Positions 25,165 to 38,299 of a stretch of 64,000 nucleotides of DNA are shown piece after piece. Source of the DNA: Octopus sinensis (Eukaryota); contig NC_043020.1 of the NCBI RefSeq assembly GCF_006345805.1, positions 682,001 to 746,000 on the forward strand, read 5' to 3'. The notes below the pieces were generated by a model. It saw only the letters and a program-made list of their open reading frames with translations. It did not search any database and had not been told where the DNA came from. The position numbers were made by a program, and so were the translations under genes. Position 1 is the stretch's first letter, and each line of letters begins with the position of its first letter.

Positions 25165-25385
25165 CCCTTTCGTTACCAACCCGGCTGAAACCAGCTGTGG
25201 CTCTGAGTACAAATGTCTTGTTTTCAAAAGTTCTGAATTAAAATCTTCCACCAAACCTTCGTCACAATTTACATTCCTAACATTAGCTGAATGATAATTA
25301 AGTTATTTTAATAAATTCTTTGTTATATTTGAAATTAATTGAAAGACACACAAAGCATCTCAACAGAAATATGGTAACAAAAGGG
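25165..25385. mobile_element. piggyBac-like MITE (221 bp) with TTAA TSD
   Basis: TTAA|CCCTTTCGTTACCA...TGGTAACAAAAGGG|TTAA: 14-bp TIR with one mismatch and CCC/GGG termini. A truncated sister copy lies at about 25506-25585. Confidence 0.85.
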
Positions 25386-25585
25386 TTAATCGTTTTCACT
25401 CTGTAGAATTTCCACAGGTCCCATTAATATTGATGTTGAAGATATGAAAGGTGAAGATGACCTCAGCAGTAATAAAATCATTCTTTCTTCCTTAAATAGC
25501 TTCTCTTAGCCCTTTTGATACCAACCCAGCTGAAACCGGCTCTTGCTTTGAGTACAAATGTCTTGTTTTCATAAGTTTTGAATAA

Positions 25586-25772
25586 CGGTATTTCGTCTGC
25601 TGTTACGTTCTGAGTTCAAATTCCGCCGAGGTCGACTTTGCCTTTCATCCTTTCAGGGTCGATAAATTAAGTACCAGTTACACACTGGGGTCGATGTAAT
25701 CGACTTGATACCTATGTCTGTCCTTGTTTGTCCCCTCTATGTTTAGCCCCTTGTGGGTAGTAAGGAAATAGG
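25586..25772 (+). mobile_element. SINE C, headless unit starting at GGTATTTCGTC
   Basis: Begins at the internal GGTATTTCGTCTGC motif and ends GTAAGGAAATAGGTAT. Confidence 0.85.
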
Positions 25773-27235
25773 TATATGTGCATTATATGTATATATATGT
25801 GCACACACATACACACATAAATACATATATCAACATCATTTCAATATCCCCTTTTGTATGCCTGCATGGGTCAGGCAGAGTAGAGGCAGGTGTCTGCCTT
25901 TCTGCCAACCGTCATCTGTCTCCAAGCAAGGTAATATTTCTCTGTGACCAAACATGTTCTCACAAAATACTGGAAATGAATGACTCTGTTTGTATAACAG
26001 TGCCAATCACTTACAACTATTACACAAGGTAGATACACACACACACACACACATAAACATGCATACCTACATAGGTATATGACAGGCTTCTTTCAATTTC
26101 TACCTACTAAATCTACTCAAAAGGCTTACAGCATCACTTTTTTTTGTTGTCGTCGCTTTGTTTAAACCTTTGAAAAGACAAAACCAGAAATAGCTATTTC
26201 CCACATTCTCCTTTATCATCAATCCCGTTTCTTTCCTCTTCTCCCCTCTGCTTCTTTTAGTAGGAATTAGAAAAATAATGTAATAAATGTAATAATGAAG
26301 AGTAGCTAGATGATAGCCATGGTAACAATAACAACAACAACGATAACAACAGCAATGCTCATTTGTAGGTTGGAACAAATGCTGTCCCCTCTGCTGCCCC
26401 TGACACCCACAGAAATAATACATTTGTTTTCAGCTTTGTTTATTGCATTAACCACTAATCTATTTCCCAGATATCAATGAATTAGTTCCCATGTTGACAT
26501 TTCTAGAGCCAGTAAAACACGTTCCTTTCACTGGCTGCAGTTTTTCTCCCTTCTGCTACCAGCCATATCTATTATTACATAATTGGATTTCTATGTTCCA
26601 CACTCTTTTATTGCATGTATACATATAGATGCTGATCTTAGATGTTTCTGGAAATACTACAAGCACTCCTTGTTAGGGGCTTATTGGATTCAGCTAATAC
26701 TTCAGCTTGCTCAGTAATTTACATGGCTGTATAGCTAACATATTTATCTTGCAAAGAGCAGTAATAAATATCTCTATAGTTTTTATACTGCTTCAACATA
26801 ACATATTAGATCTGAAGTTTATGGATTGTAGTTTTGTCCTCCTTTGCCAACAGAACTAGGTTTGGTTATCTTTGATCCAACTAATTTGATATTTTGATAT
26901 ATATTCATGTTATATATATACATACACATATATATATATACATACTTATATTATATTTATATATATATATATATATATATATTATTATACAGATACATAT
27001 ATATATATATAATATATAATATATATATATATATATTATAACAGATACATATATATATATATATATATAATATATATATATATATATACATATTATATAT
27101 ATATATATATACATATATATATAGATATACATATATATATATATATATATACAGATACATATATATATATATATATTATATATATATATATATAATACAT
27201 ATATACACATGTGTATATACATACATACATGCATA

Positions 27236-27295
<60 letters not shown>

Positions 27296-27944
27296 AGCAT
27301 GGAAAATGGATGTTAACTGATGCTGATGATGATGTGTGTTGTGTGTGTATTTTATTATATATATATATATATGTATGTATGTATAGATGCGAGCATGGCT
27401 GTGTGGTAAGTTTGCTTCTCAACTACATGATTTCAGGTTCAATCCCGCTGTATGACCTTAGGTGTGTTGTGTTCTTGAGCAAAACACTTCATCTCACATT
27501 GCCCTCTGATCATTTCAGCATCTGATATGTGGCACACTGTGCCCCTGTACAGGCAATGTTGATGTGATCAAGGGAGTGAGTTTTAATGTACATCAAAATT
27601 CCATCACTTTAAACAAATCATCTGTGTAGGGTGTTCAGAAATGTGTGTGTGTGTGTGTGTGTGCCTATATATATGACAACAGGTGAACCCGTGCAGTGAT
27701 CAGAAAAGGCCACATGGTAGGGCTCTAGAACAGTGGGAAGACAATTCAGTTAAACAATTTGGGCCAAGATGGAAAAATATAGCACAATTAAGATAGAGTT
27801 GGAAGTGCATTGTGACCAGCAGTGTATAACAGCATCTGATGATCTGATTAATACTGTAATGTGTGTATGTGTGGAAATATTTCTAATCCAGCCCATGGGC
27901 ATATGGGAAAGTGGACATTAAACTGATGAGCATGATAATATATA

Positions 27945-28215
27945 TGTCATCATCATCGTCATTTAGCGTCCGCTTTCCATGCTGGCATGGGTTGGACGGT
28001 TCAACTGGGGTCTGGGAAGCCAGAAGGCTGCACCAGGCCCAGTCTGATCTGGCAATGTTTCTACGGCTGGATGCCCTTCCTAATGCCAACCACCCCACGA
28101 GTGTAGTGGGTGCTTTTTATGTGCCACCGGCACAGGTGCCAGACGAGGCTGGCAAACGGCCACGATTGGATGGTGCTTTTTATGTGCCACCGGCACGGAG
28201 GCCAGGCGAGGCTAT
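27945..28215 (-). mobile_element. SINE-like family D with two internal ~60-bp units
   Basis: (CAT)n CGTCATTTAGCGTCCGCTTTCCATGCTGGCATGG...; GTGCTTTTTATGTGCCACCGGCAC occurs twice. Confidence 0.9.
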
Positions 28216-28992
28216 GTATATTATATGCGTTTGTGTGTATGTGTGTGTGTACATTATTTAGCTGTAAAATTGATTAGGTTAAAGCTAAAAATCTATGCAT
28301 TTTAATTTTTTTTATTTCGTATTATTTTGTTGGTTTTGTTGTTCTTTAGCACCAGGTTAGCCCAGATCAGATAGACTCGTGATCCACTCAGCATTCTGGG
28401 TTTGTGTGTATGTATGGTAAGGGTGAGGTCCCATAGTAAATCTAGAAATCCATTATTCAATGTCAGTTGTTATTCCAGATGATAAAAACGCTGCACGTTT
28501 AGAAAGATTGGATTACTATTTCCAGAAGGAACAAACACGTTGCAAGTCCCTTGTTGACATATATTAAGACGGTGGCCATCAATACTTCTGTAGAAGTCAT
28601 TTTCAAGTCGGTACTAAATCAGCAACTTGATATGATAGGGCTTTCTGTAGTGTTTGTTTTTTTTTTTAATCCCAAATATTGTTATAGAACCCAACATATT
28701 TTGTTTATATGTTCAGAAGAAATATTAATCATGGAGAAGATTTATTATTTTTTTTTAAACCAATATTTATTTAGTTACTTTTTCCTACTTATCTTTCTGT
28801 TTTGTTTTTTCCATTTCTGATTTCCTTATTTCCTTGCATGCTTTGTTTTATATATACACATATATATATATATATATACACGCATATATATATATATACA
28901 TATACCCACACGCATATATATATTATACACAACACACACATATATATATATATACACACACACGGATATATATATATACACACATATATATA

Positions 28993-29035
<43 letters not shown>

Positions 29036-29198
29036 ATATTAGGGAATAATATAATAATAATATTAGGTAAATGTTTTATCGTATCTTTAAATTTTTCTAT
29101 ATGGTATGATTTAAGTATATCATTGTTGAATTGCTACATGGTGGTTCTTCTCTAATTTATACATATATGTATATGACGCTAAACGATGACGATGATGA

Positions 29199-29237
<39 letters not shown>

Positions 29238-29599
29238 TGAATAAATAAATAAATGGAGTTGAATGAAGATGTTAATAAAATTCCTTTACTTTCGACATAT
29301 TCATGGTAAACATAGGATAATTCATTCACCCTTTGAAATATATATATATATATATATATATAGAAAACAGTTATGTTATTCCACAAGGGCAGAAATATAG
29401 GAAATATAGAAGTTGAAAATGCACTAAAAATAGTTAAAATACATTTTCTTAATATATTTAATGCTTTAACTGGTTTCACAGTTTACACTGATTTTCAAAA
29501 ACTTCAAATAGAAAGACATGGCTTATATCGCAGCTGTGTTTATATATACGTGTGTATTTGTATGTATGTGTGTGTTTGTGTTTTTATATATGCGCAGAT

Positions 29600-29820
29600 T
29601 TGTGAGTGTTTATTGAGCGAAAACACCTAAAGCTCCACGAGGCTCTGGCAGGGGGTGGGGGTGATCCCTGCTGTACTCTTTCGCCACAACTTTGTCTCAC
29701 TCTTTCTTCTGTTGGCCTGCTCGCTTAGCCAGTGGGGTGGCATCATTTGAAGGCTAAAACAATGTGAAGCGCATTGTGACCAGCGATGTGTAGCAACATC
29801 TGATAGCCTGGTCGGTCACG
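29600..29820 (+). mobile_element. SINE B, 5'-truncated, tail variant 2
   Basis: B body followed by the tail TTGGCCTGCTCGCTTAGCC...GCATTGTGACCAGCGATGTG...GGTCGGTCACG, also present at 56630-56909. Confidence 0.85.
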
Positions 29821-29862
29821 GTCATGGTGATATATATACATTATTAGATATATGTATATATA

Positions 29863-29900
<38 letters not shown>

Positions 29901-30409
29901 GTGTATGTGTGTGTATGTACATGTGTGTATGTTTGTGTGTAAATGATAGAAGAAGAAAAATAGAGGCAGAAGACTTCTCAAATTTAGTGACAAATAAAGA
30001 CAGATTAGACAAATTCGGATAAGTAAAGAAGTGGTGAAATTGTATTATTTGATTTTAGGTTGTTCACCGAACAAAAAAACAGGAATAAAGTTGTTTTATA
30101 AGCGTAAAAACTGGTTTCAATTGGTTAAAATCGTAGGCTCTGAGGAGGATGTGACTGTGGTGAATCCGTCCAGGATATGATTTGAATAATAGTAGTATTT
30201 CTGAAATGTTATGAGTTTCTTGTCCTTTCACTTCACTGATCATTCAAGCGTAATACGTCAATGGGAAAAAATAAGCATGCTGTAATCTGTTATCTGTGGG
30301 ACCAACAAAGGAATTTCTATGTAGTAACTTGATGTTCTATAAATAGAAGCTAAATTTCACTACTGTCTTAACCTTATGCCTGAGTAAAGCATTTTCACCA
30401 GTTTGACCT

Positions 30410-30765
30410 AAACATCCATGCTTGCTTTTGAGACTTTTAGTTGGCCCTTGTTTCATTCATTCTGAGTAATATAAAGGTTTCCTTTTATGAGTCCTGAGGT
30501 ACTCTGGTGGTTGAAAAAAAATCAGTAATATGCATCACAGATGATAAATGAATTCCAGGGAAATATGTCCTGCCTGTCCAAGGCATTTTCATAAGTTTAT
30601 TCTAAACATCCCTGCTTGTTTTCAGACATTTGGTTGGCCCTGTTCCATACATTCTCTGTATATATAAAGCTTTCTTGTCATAAGTTCCAAGGTACTCTGG
30701 TAGTTGGAAAAAAGAAATGTGTATCATATGTGATGCATGGACACCAGGGAAATATGTCCTGTGTA
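30410..30765. repeat. Degenerate ~190-bp tandem duplication
   Basis: CTAAACATCC..GCTTG..TT..GAC.TTT.GTTGGCCCT...GGTACTCTGGT.GTTG.AAAAA...CCAGGGAAATATGTCCTG occurs twice. Confidence 0.7.
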
Positions 30766-30794
30766 TCAAATGTGATTGGACACTAAAACTCTGC

Positions 30795-31410
30795 TTGCGA
30801 AGACCTGTTGAGGCAAGTGAAATCAATCAAAAGCAAAATCAAAATCAAAATCAAATTCGATGACTGGCGTCCGTGCTAGCAGGGTTCAAAGAGCACCATA
30901 CGAGCGTGATCATTGACAGAGCAGCTAACCGGCTCCTGTGCCAGTGGCACTTAAAGGGCACCATTCAAGCGTGATCGTTACCAGCGCCGCCTTACTGGCA
31001 CTTGTGCCCATGCTAGTAGGGTGCCAAGAGCACCATCTGAGCGTGATCGTTGCCAGAGCAGCCAACTGGCTTCCATGCCAGTGGCATGTAAAAGGGCACC
31101 ATTCAAGCCTGATTGTTACCAACGTCGCCTTACTGGCACCTGTGCTGGTGGCATGTATAAAAGGATTCAAGCGAGGTTGATGCCAGTACTGCCTGACTGG
31201 CCCCCGTGCTGGTGGCACGTAAAAAGCACCCACTACACTCTCAAAGTGGTTGGTGTTAGGAAGGGCATCCAGCTGTAGAAACACTGCCAAATCAAGATTG
31301 GAGCCTGGTGCAGCCATCTGGTTCACCAGCCCTCTGTCAAAATCATCCAACCCATGCTAGCATGGAAAGCGGACGTTAAACGCTGATGACGATGATGATG
31401 ATGATGATGA
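30795..31410 (+). mobile_element. SINE-like family D, long copy with an internal array of ~60-bp units
   Basis: GAAGACCTGTTGAGGCAAGTGAAA(ATCAAA)n head, about 6 degenerate GTGC..GTGGCA..TAAA..GCACCAT units in alternating pattern, then GGAAGGGCATCCAGCTGTAGAAAC and a (GAT)n tail. Confidence 0.85.
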
Positions 31411-32985
31411 GAACCCAGAAGAATGAAAAGTCAGTTTGTTGGAGATGGAAAGTTGTCTTGTTGGAATTTGAATTCAAAACCTAAAGGTTGGAACTAAAAA
31501 CTCCAACATCTTTTATCTGATGCTTTAATTATTCTACCAGCCTGCCAGTCTATTGTTAGACTCTTGGACTAATAATATCTCTGATAACTGCAATGAGAGG
31601 TATTTTCCAAAAAAAAAAAAACCAAACAAATCTGTTGATCAAGAGAAGACTTTTAATTAAGAATATCCCTTGCTGTTTTGTGGAATATTAAAAAAAAATT
31701 GGTCAGTCTTTTGGGGTTTTTTTTTTTGGTTTGTCCTCATTATTAAATACCTTCTTTAATTTGTCTAGGTTAGTGAAATATAGTCGAAAACTTGAAGTCT
31801 CTTTCACATTGTTTACTCTCCTTTAGTCTTCTATAATTATCTTGATTTATTTTTTTTCTTTGGTCTCATTCAATCTTCCTTCTTTTACACCCTTCCTTTT
31901 GTGTGACCTCCACCTCTTCCTCTTCCTCTTCTTCTTCACCTCCTCCTTCCTCCTGTTTCTTCTTCACCTTCACCTCTCCTTCTTCTTTTTTCTTTCTCCA
32001 TCCATCCATGTCTGCTGTGTGTACAGTTTGTATTGTGCCTGTTGCGTAGTGTTTCTTTCTGTGCAGAAAGCTAATCAAATAGAGTTTCGTCAGCTTGTAT
32101 TGCTGCAGTAATTAAAAACTGAACTCATTCCATCTTGAGACCTGTTGACTACCTTGAAAGAAACTTCTTTCATCTCGCTGCAAAATAAAACACAAAGTCC
32201 AACATAAATTAGAGTGGGGGGGGGGAAGAAAAAATTCATTAGCTCAATTATTTTCTCTTTTTGTCTGTGTAGGTGTGTTTGTATATGTGTGTGTGCATGT
32301 GAGAGAAAGAGAGAGAGAGATAGACTAAGAGACGGAGAATGCAATTTTTTTTTTTTTCTTTCCAAGTCCAATTTATTTGAATTTTACTCTAATGAAATTT
32401 CCCAATTTTTGAAAGCAATTATGTAACAGCAATTACATTATTCCTGTAAAATTTTAGATTTTGTTAGCGAACTTTTGTAAGCTTCTTAATGCTGTGTGTG
32501 CATTTGTATGTGCGAGCGTGCACACATGCATGTGTATGTGCGAGCGTGCGTGCATGCATGTGTACGTTCCATTTCTCACTCAAAAAGGAGCCGAAAAATA
32601 AATCCTAGTTTGTCAACTTAATGTATTTCTTTTTATTAACGAAATTTGCTTTTTTTTATTTTTTCTTCCTTCCTTAGAATATTGCTTGCCTTTTGCTGTT
32701 GTTGTTGTTGCTGTTGCAGCTTAATTCGAAACCTCATTCTTTCTTTGTTTTCACACAAATAGAAGTGACAGGAAAAAGGAAAGAGAGAAAAATCAAATAA
32801 CAAAAACGAATAAGCCAAGAAGTTTCGTTATTTCCTTCTCTTTTCTCGAATTCTTATATTAATGTGTGTATATGTAAATATATACACGTACATTTATATA
32901 CACATATATTTATCTATGTATATGTAAACATGCATGTTGTGTATGTATATAATATATATGTATAATATATATATATATATATATA

Positions 32986-33022
<37 letters not shown>

Positions 33023-33060
33023 ATATATATGTGTATATATATATATGTATATATATTATG

Positions 33061-33091
<31 letters not shown>

Positions 33092-33114
33092 GTATATATA
33101 TATGTATATTATCA

Positions 33115-33158
<44 letters not shown>

Positions 33159-33200
33159 TATATATATATATGTATGTATATATATATATATATATGTATG

Positions 33201-33231
<31 letters not shown>

Positions 33232-33719
33232 ATTAATATATATCTATATATATATATATATATGCTTTATTTGTGCATGTAATGTGTGTGTGTGTGTGTA
33301 TATATTATACATATATATATTAATATATTCAGTTTTCTTTTACTCAGTAAACTTCTTATTTGTACCTATTTTTTTTTTTATTAAATTAAAATTAAAAAAA
33401 AAGAACAAGCAAGTCTTAACCAACTGAAATGCTCACCCTGCTCATTAAATACTCGTATGTTAATTAGATATTGATTAATACTACATTCGAAAGTTGATAT
33501 GGTTTTTTTGGTGTGTGTGTGTGTGTGTGTTTATGCGAGAATGTTTGTGTATGTTTTTGATAGAAAAGAGGAAAGTATGAGGGGTGGTGGGCAGGGTTGG
33601 AGCCGCTGTCAATTCATGATCTGTCAACACTGCTGTGTTTAGTTTGTGTGACTGCTTCAGCTGATAGCTTGGAAGTATAAAACTCAACATCACTTGCATG
33701 GTTAATACAGTCAGCCACC

Positions 33720-34222
33720 ACCGGAGTTCAATCAATCACTATTAATCAGCGAAGTTCAGTTAATCACCATCAATAACCCAAAGTCAGTCAGTCACCATCA
33801 ATTAGCCGAGTTCAATGGAGCGCCATTAATCAACCAAGTTCATTTAATTGCTATCAATGAATCAAGTTCATTCAAACACCAACAATCAAGGAAGATCAAT
33901 CAGTCACCATCAATCAACCAAGTTCAGTCAGTCACCATCAATCAACCAAGTTCAGTCAGTTGACATCAATCAACCAAGTTCAGTCAGTCACCATCAATCA
34001 GTCGAGATCAGTCAATCACCATCAGTCAGCCACGTTCAATCATTCGCCATCAACCAACCAAGTTCAGTTAATGACCATTGACCGACCAAGTTAAATCAAT
34101 CACCATCAACCAATTAAGTTAAATCAATCAACGTCGATCTACCAAGTTAAATCGATCACCATCGACCAACCAAATTCAATCAATTACCATTGACCAACCG
34201 AGTTCAATCACTTACAATCAAT
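33720..34222. repeat. 28-bp minisatellite, about 18 degenerate units
   Basis: Core unit AATCAACCAAGTTCAGTCAGTCACCATC, near-perfect around 33900-34000 and diverging toward both ends. Confidence 0.9.
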
Positions 34223-34300
34223 CTTTAGAAGAGAGCAGAGTTTTAGAGGTTTGCTATGATTCATTTGTCCATTTCTGATATTACGAAGGAGAGTACGGGG

Positions 34301-34372
<72 letters not shown>

Positions 34373-34953
34373 AATATGTGAAAGAAAGTTAGAGATGAGG
34401 AATTTTAATCTATCCCCCATGAAGTCCACTCTTACAAATATCCAAGCTATGTCTCACATCCAACAATAATTTGTGTATGTATATATGTCTGTGTTATTGT
34501 CTCTTCTCTCTATGTGTGTGTCTAAGTGTGCATCAGTGTGTGTTTATGTGGGTGCATATGTGTGTGTGTGTGTCTACATGTTTTTTTTTTTATCTCTGTG
34601 TGTTTTTAAGAAATAATGCCTTCCATAAATAAATCTTCTAGATCTGAGCTGCTATATCAATATAATTTTCATGGGTCTTTAAAAAAAAATGTTATAAAAC
34701 AATTTTTGAAATAGATTCAAGAATCTTATTTCATAATCCTAATATTGTCTCCAACAGATTTCTGAGATCCTTGCTCTCTCTCTCTCTCTCACACACATTC
34801 CTGTCGTTCTCTCTCCCCCTATCTCTCACATTCCTGTCGTTCTCTCTCTCTCCCCTCTCTCCCTCTCTCCTTCCTATCATTCTCCATGTCTCTCTTTCTC
34901 TCACACACATTCCTGTCATCGTCCCTGTCTCTCTGTCTGACATATTTCTATCA

Positions 34954-34987
<34 letters not shown>

Positions 34988-35130
34988 CCTGTCTTTCTCC
35001 CTTTTCCTTCTTTCTTTCTCTTTCTGACATATTCTTGTCATTCTTTGTCTTCCTCTTTCTTTCTTTCTCTCTCTCTCTCTCTCTCTCTGTGACATTCCCG
35101 TCATTCTCTCTCTCTTTCTCCTCCCTCCCC

Positions 35131-35537
35131 CGCTCTCTCTCTGTCATTGCTTTTTCTTTGACATGTCACTGTCATTATTGCTTCTGCTACGCACTCCTGT
35201 CAATATCTCTTTGACATATTCCCATCAGTGTCATTGACATTTCCTATTTCTGCATCTCCCCCCCCCCCCCGCTTTCTCTCTGTCATTGCTTTTTCTTTGA
35301 CATGTCACTGTCATTATTGCTTCTGCTACGCACTCCTGTCAATATCTCTTTGACATATTCCCATCAGTGTCATTGACATTTCCTATTTCTGCATCCCCCC
35401 CCCGCGCTTTCTCTCTGTCATTGCTTTTTCTTTGACATGTCACTGTCATTATTGCTTCTGCTATGCACTCCTGTCAATATCTCTTTGACATATTCCCATC
35501 AGCGTCATTGACATTTCCTATTTCTGCATCTCCCCCC
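35131..35537. repeat. Three near-identical tandem units of 135-139 bp separated by poly-C
   Basis: CTGTCATTGCTTTTTCTTTGACATGTCACTGTCATT... starts at 35141, 35280 and 35415. Confidence 0.95.
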
Positions 35538-35659
35538 GAAACAGTTTCTTTACTCAGAAACTAACTTTCCATTCTCTGATCAATCTGAATTCATTGCAAA
35601 TACTCACATATCAGAACATCATATTCACTGTGTAATGCTTTGTGTACACATGTATATGT

Positions 35660-36027
35660 GGAGGCGCAATGGCCCAGTGGTTAGGGCAGCGGACTCGCGG
35701 TCGTAGGATCGCGGTTTCGATTGTGAGTGTTTATTGAGCAAAAACACCTAAAAGCTCCACGAGGCTCCGGCAGGGGATGGTGGTGATCCCTGCTGTATTC
35801 TTTCACCACAACTTTCTCTCACTCTTACTTCCTGTTTCTGTTGTACCTATATTTCAAGGAGCCGGCCTTGTCACTCTCTGTGTCACGCTGAATATCCCCG
35901 AGAACTAGGTTAAGGGTACACGTGTCTGTGGAGTGCTCAGCCACTTACACGTTAATTTCACGAGCAGGCTGTTCTGTTGATTGGATCAACCGGAACCCTC
36001 ATCGTCGTAACCGACGGAGTGCTTCCA
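35660..36027 (+). mobile_element. SINE B, tail variant 3, with 14-bp TSD
   Basis: TSD ACACATGTATATGT at 35646-35659 and 36032-36045. The tail ...GTCGTAACCGACGGAGTGCTTCCA is shared with 58283-58667. Confidence 0.92.
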
Positions 36028-36734
36028 TTCCACACATGTATATGTGTGTATGTATCTGTGTGTGTGTATCTGAGTGCATGTATGTATTTGTTATGTATGT
36101 ATTATATGGCAATATCTTTTATCTTCCTCCTATCATCTTTTGCATTGTCTTGCCATTGTCGCCAATAAAAGCACTGACGTTTGTTTTAATTTTCTTAATC
36201 TTGGAACAGCTGAAGATGACTGCATATAAGAATTAAATTAGGAATGATTTTAACTCCAAGCCATAATTTTAATATAGTGGAAATAATTGTTTTAACTAGG
36301 TTTTTGTTAATAAAAATGATTGCAGCTAAGATTTCAATTATATCTGTTATTATTATCTGTTTTGTTTTGTTTAAAGGTTGTCTTGATTTTTGATTTCTAT
36401 TTGTCTCAGATTTTTTTTACTATCTGCCAATTCAATATTGAATTTCCTCACCAAATCAACTAGAAATAAAATATTTCATCCATCACAGTACAGAAATGTC
36501 GCTGTTGTCTAGTCAGGCAAAAAATATTGATATTTACTGGATTCAGTAAATGAAGCTCTACATATTCATCCTTCCATTTTTATCTGCCCACGTTCCTGCA
36601 GAGGTCCTTTGGCACCTCCTCTGTAGGGTCCTCTCAGAAGCAACCATCATTACACTTTCTGGCTGGATTCCCAAACATGACCGACTGAGACTGTGGATAT
36701 TATTATCTGACCATGTTGTAGCCTTCTTGTGACA

Positions 36735-37215
36735 CAAACCCTACTTGTAGCGACACAAACCCTACTTGTGAAGACCTGTTGAGGCAAGTGAAAATCAAAA
36801 TCAAAATCGATCAACATCAATGGAAATTGTAGCTGTGATACCAGTGCCGGTGGCACGTAAGAGAACCATCCGAACGGGGCCATTGCCAGCGCCGCCCCAA
36901 CTGGCATCCGTGCTGGTGGCACGTAAAAAACACCATCCGATTGTGGTCATTGCCAGCCTCACCTGGCCCCCATGCCGGTGGCACGTAAGAAGCACCATCC
37001 GATCGTGGCCGTTTGCCAGCCTTGTCTGGCACCTGTGCAGGTGGCATGTAAAAAGCACCCACTACACTCACGGAGTGGTTGGCATTAGGAAGGGCATCCA
37101 GCTGTAGAAACACTGCCAGATCAGACTGGAGCCTGGTGCAGCCTTCTGGCTTTCCAGACCCCAGTTGAACCGTAGCATGGAAAACGGATGTTAAATGATG
37201 ATGATGTTGATGTTG
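36735..37215 (+). mobile_element. SINE-like family D with four 62-66-bp internal units
   Basis: Same head as the 30795 copy; units GTGCCGGTGGCACGTAA..AGCACCATCCGA; (GAT)n tail. Confidence 0.9.
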
Positions 37216-37798
37216 TTTTTGGTCTACTCCTGATTGGCTTAGCTTGAAGAGTCCTTCTTGTAATTCTTTCCATGACATTCTAATCACATGTCCATAGAAC
37301 TGAATTTTTGACCCCTCAGTACAGAGAAGTAACAGCTCAACCTGGAGAGACTCACTGATCTCTCAGCTATGCATCCCTTTGAGTAATGTTACTTCAGAGG
37401 TCCTTCAGAGGAATCCCATCTTTGCTCAAAAATTGAATTCAAGATATTCATATTAATCCTAATGAACTTGACATAAGACTTACAGAGTGTAGAATCTTTA
37501 AATGTTTTACTGACTGCGGTGACCACTCACGTTTGGAGAACAAACTATGCTTTTAGAACTTGTTGGTCTCCGTTTTTTTAAAGATAACAGAAGTTGAAGC
37601 AAGAGAGTCTCTGTTAATTAAAATTAGAAATATATAATGTGTAAAGAAGATGCAGTATAACGAACAAAGGGGACAACTCTGGATATATCTTAATCTTATT
37701 AGACCTCTTCAGTGAAGCATAGTTATTAATGTGTTTACTAGAGCAATGGTTATAGAGAAATATTTGATGTATGTATATATATATAGACATCAAATAAT

Positions 37799-37843
<45 letters not shown>

Positions 37844-37923
37844 ACTTATAAACAAGGGCTAAAGAAAATTATTTCTATTCCAATATGCTGATAACAGACT
37901 TTTAAATCGTCAATTTCCACATA

Positions 37924-37965
<42 letters not shown>

Positions 37966-38141
37966 ATTTTTTTTTTTTACATATACATATATATATAGCA
38001 GCGCTCGTACCCTTTTTGGTCTTGTATGTAAGTACATATTTTCTATATATATATATATAATAATTATTATTTGAAGGAATATTAATCCAAACTTACAGGG
38101 AAAAAAATTCAATTTAGAAATAACAAATCAAATTTTATACA

Positions 38142-38183
<42 letters not shown>

Positions 38184-38267
38184 TAGAAAAAACCCACCTT
38201 GGTGTAATTTAATTGTTCATTTTGAATTGATAAAAGGTGTTTTTTTTTCTAATTTTATATATATATA

Positions 38268-38299
<32 letters not shown>

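Noticed and set aside
36840-37070. CRISPR-like look of the repeated GTGCCGGTGGCACGTAA units with semi-variable intervening sequence
   Set aside because: The 'spacers' are homologous to one another, the array is part of a dispersed SINE-like family, the DNA is eukaryotic and no cas genes are present.
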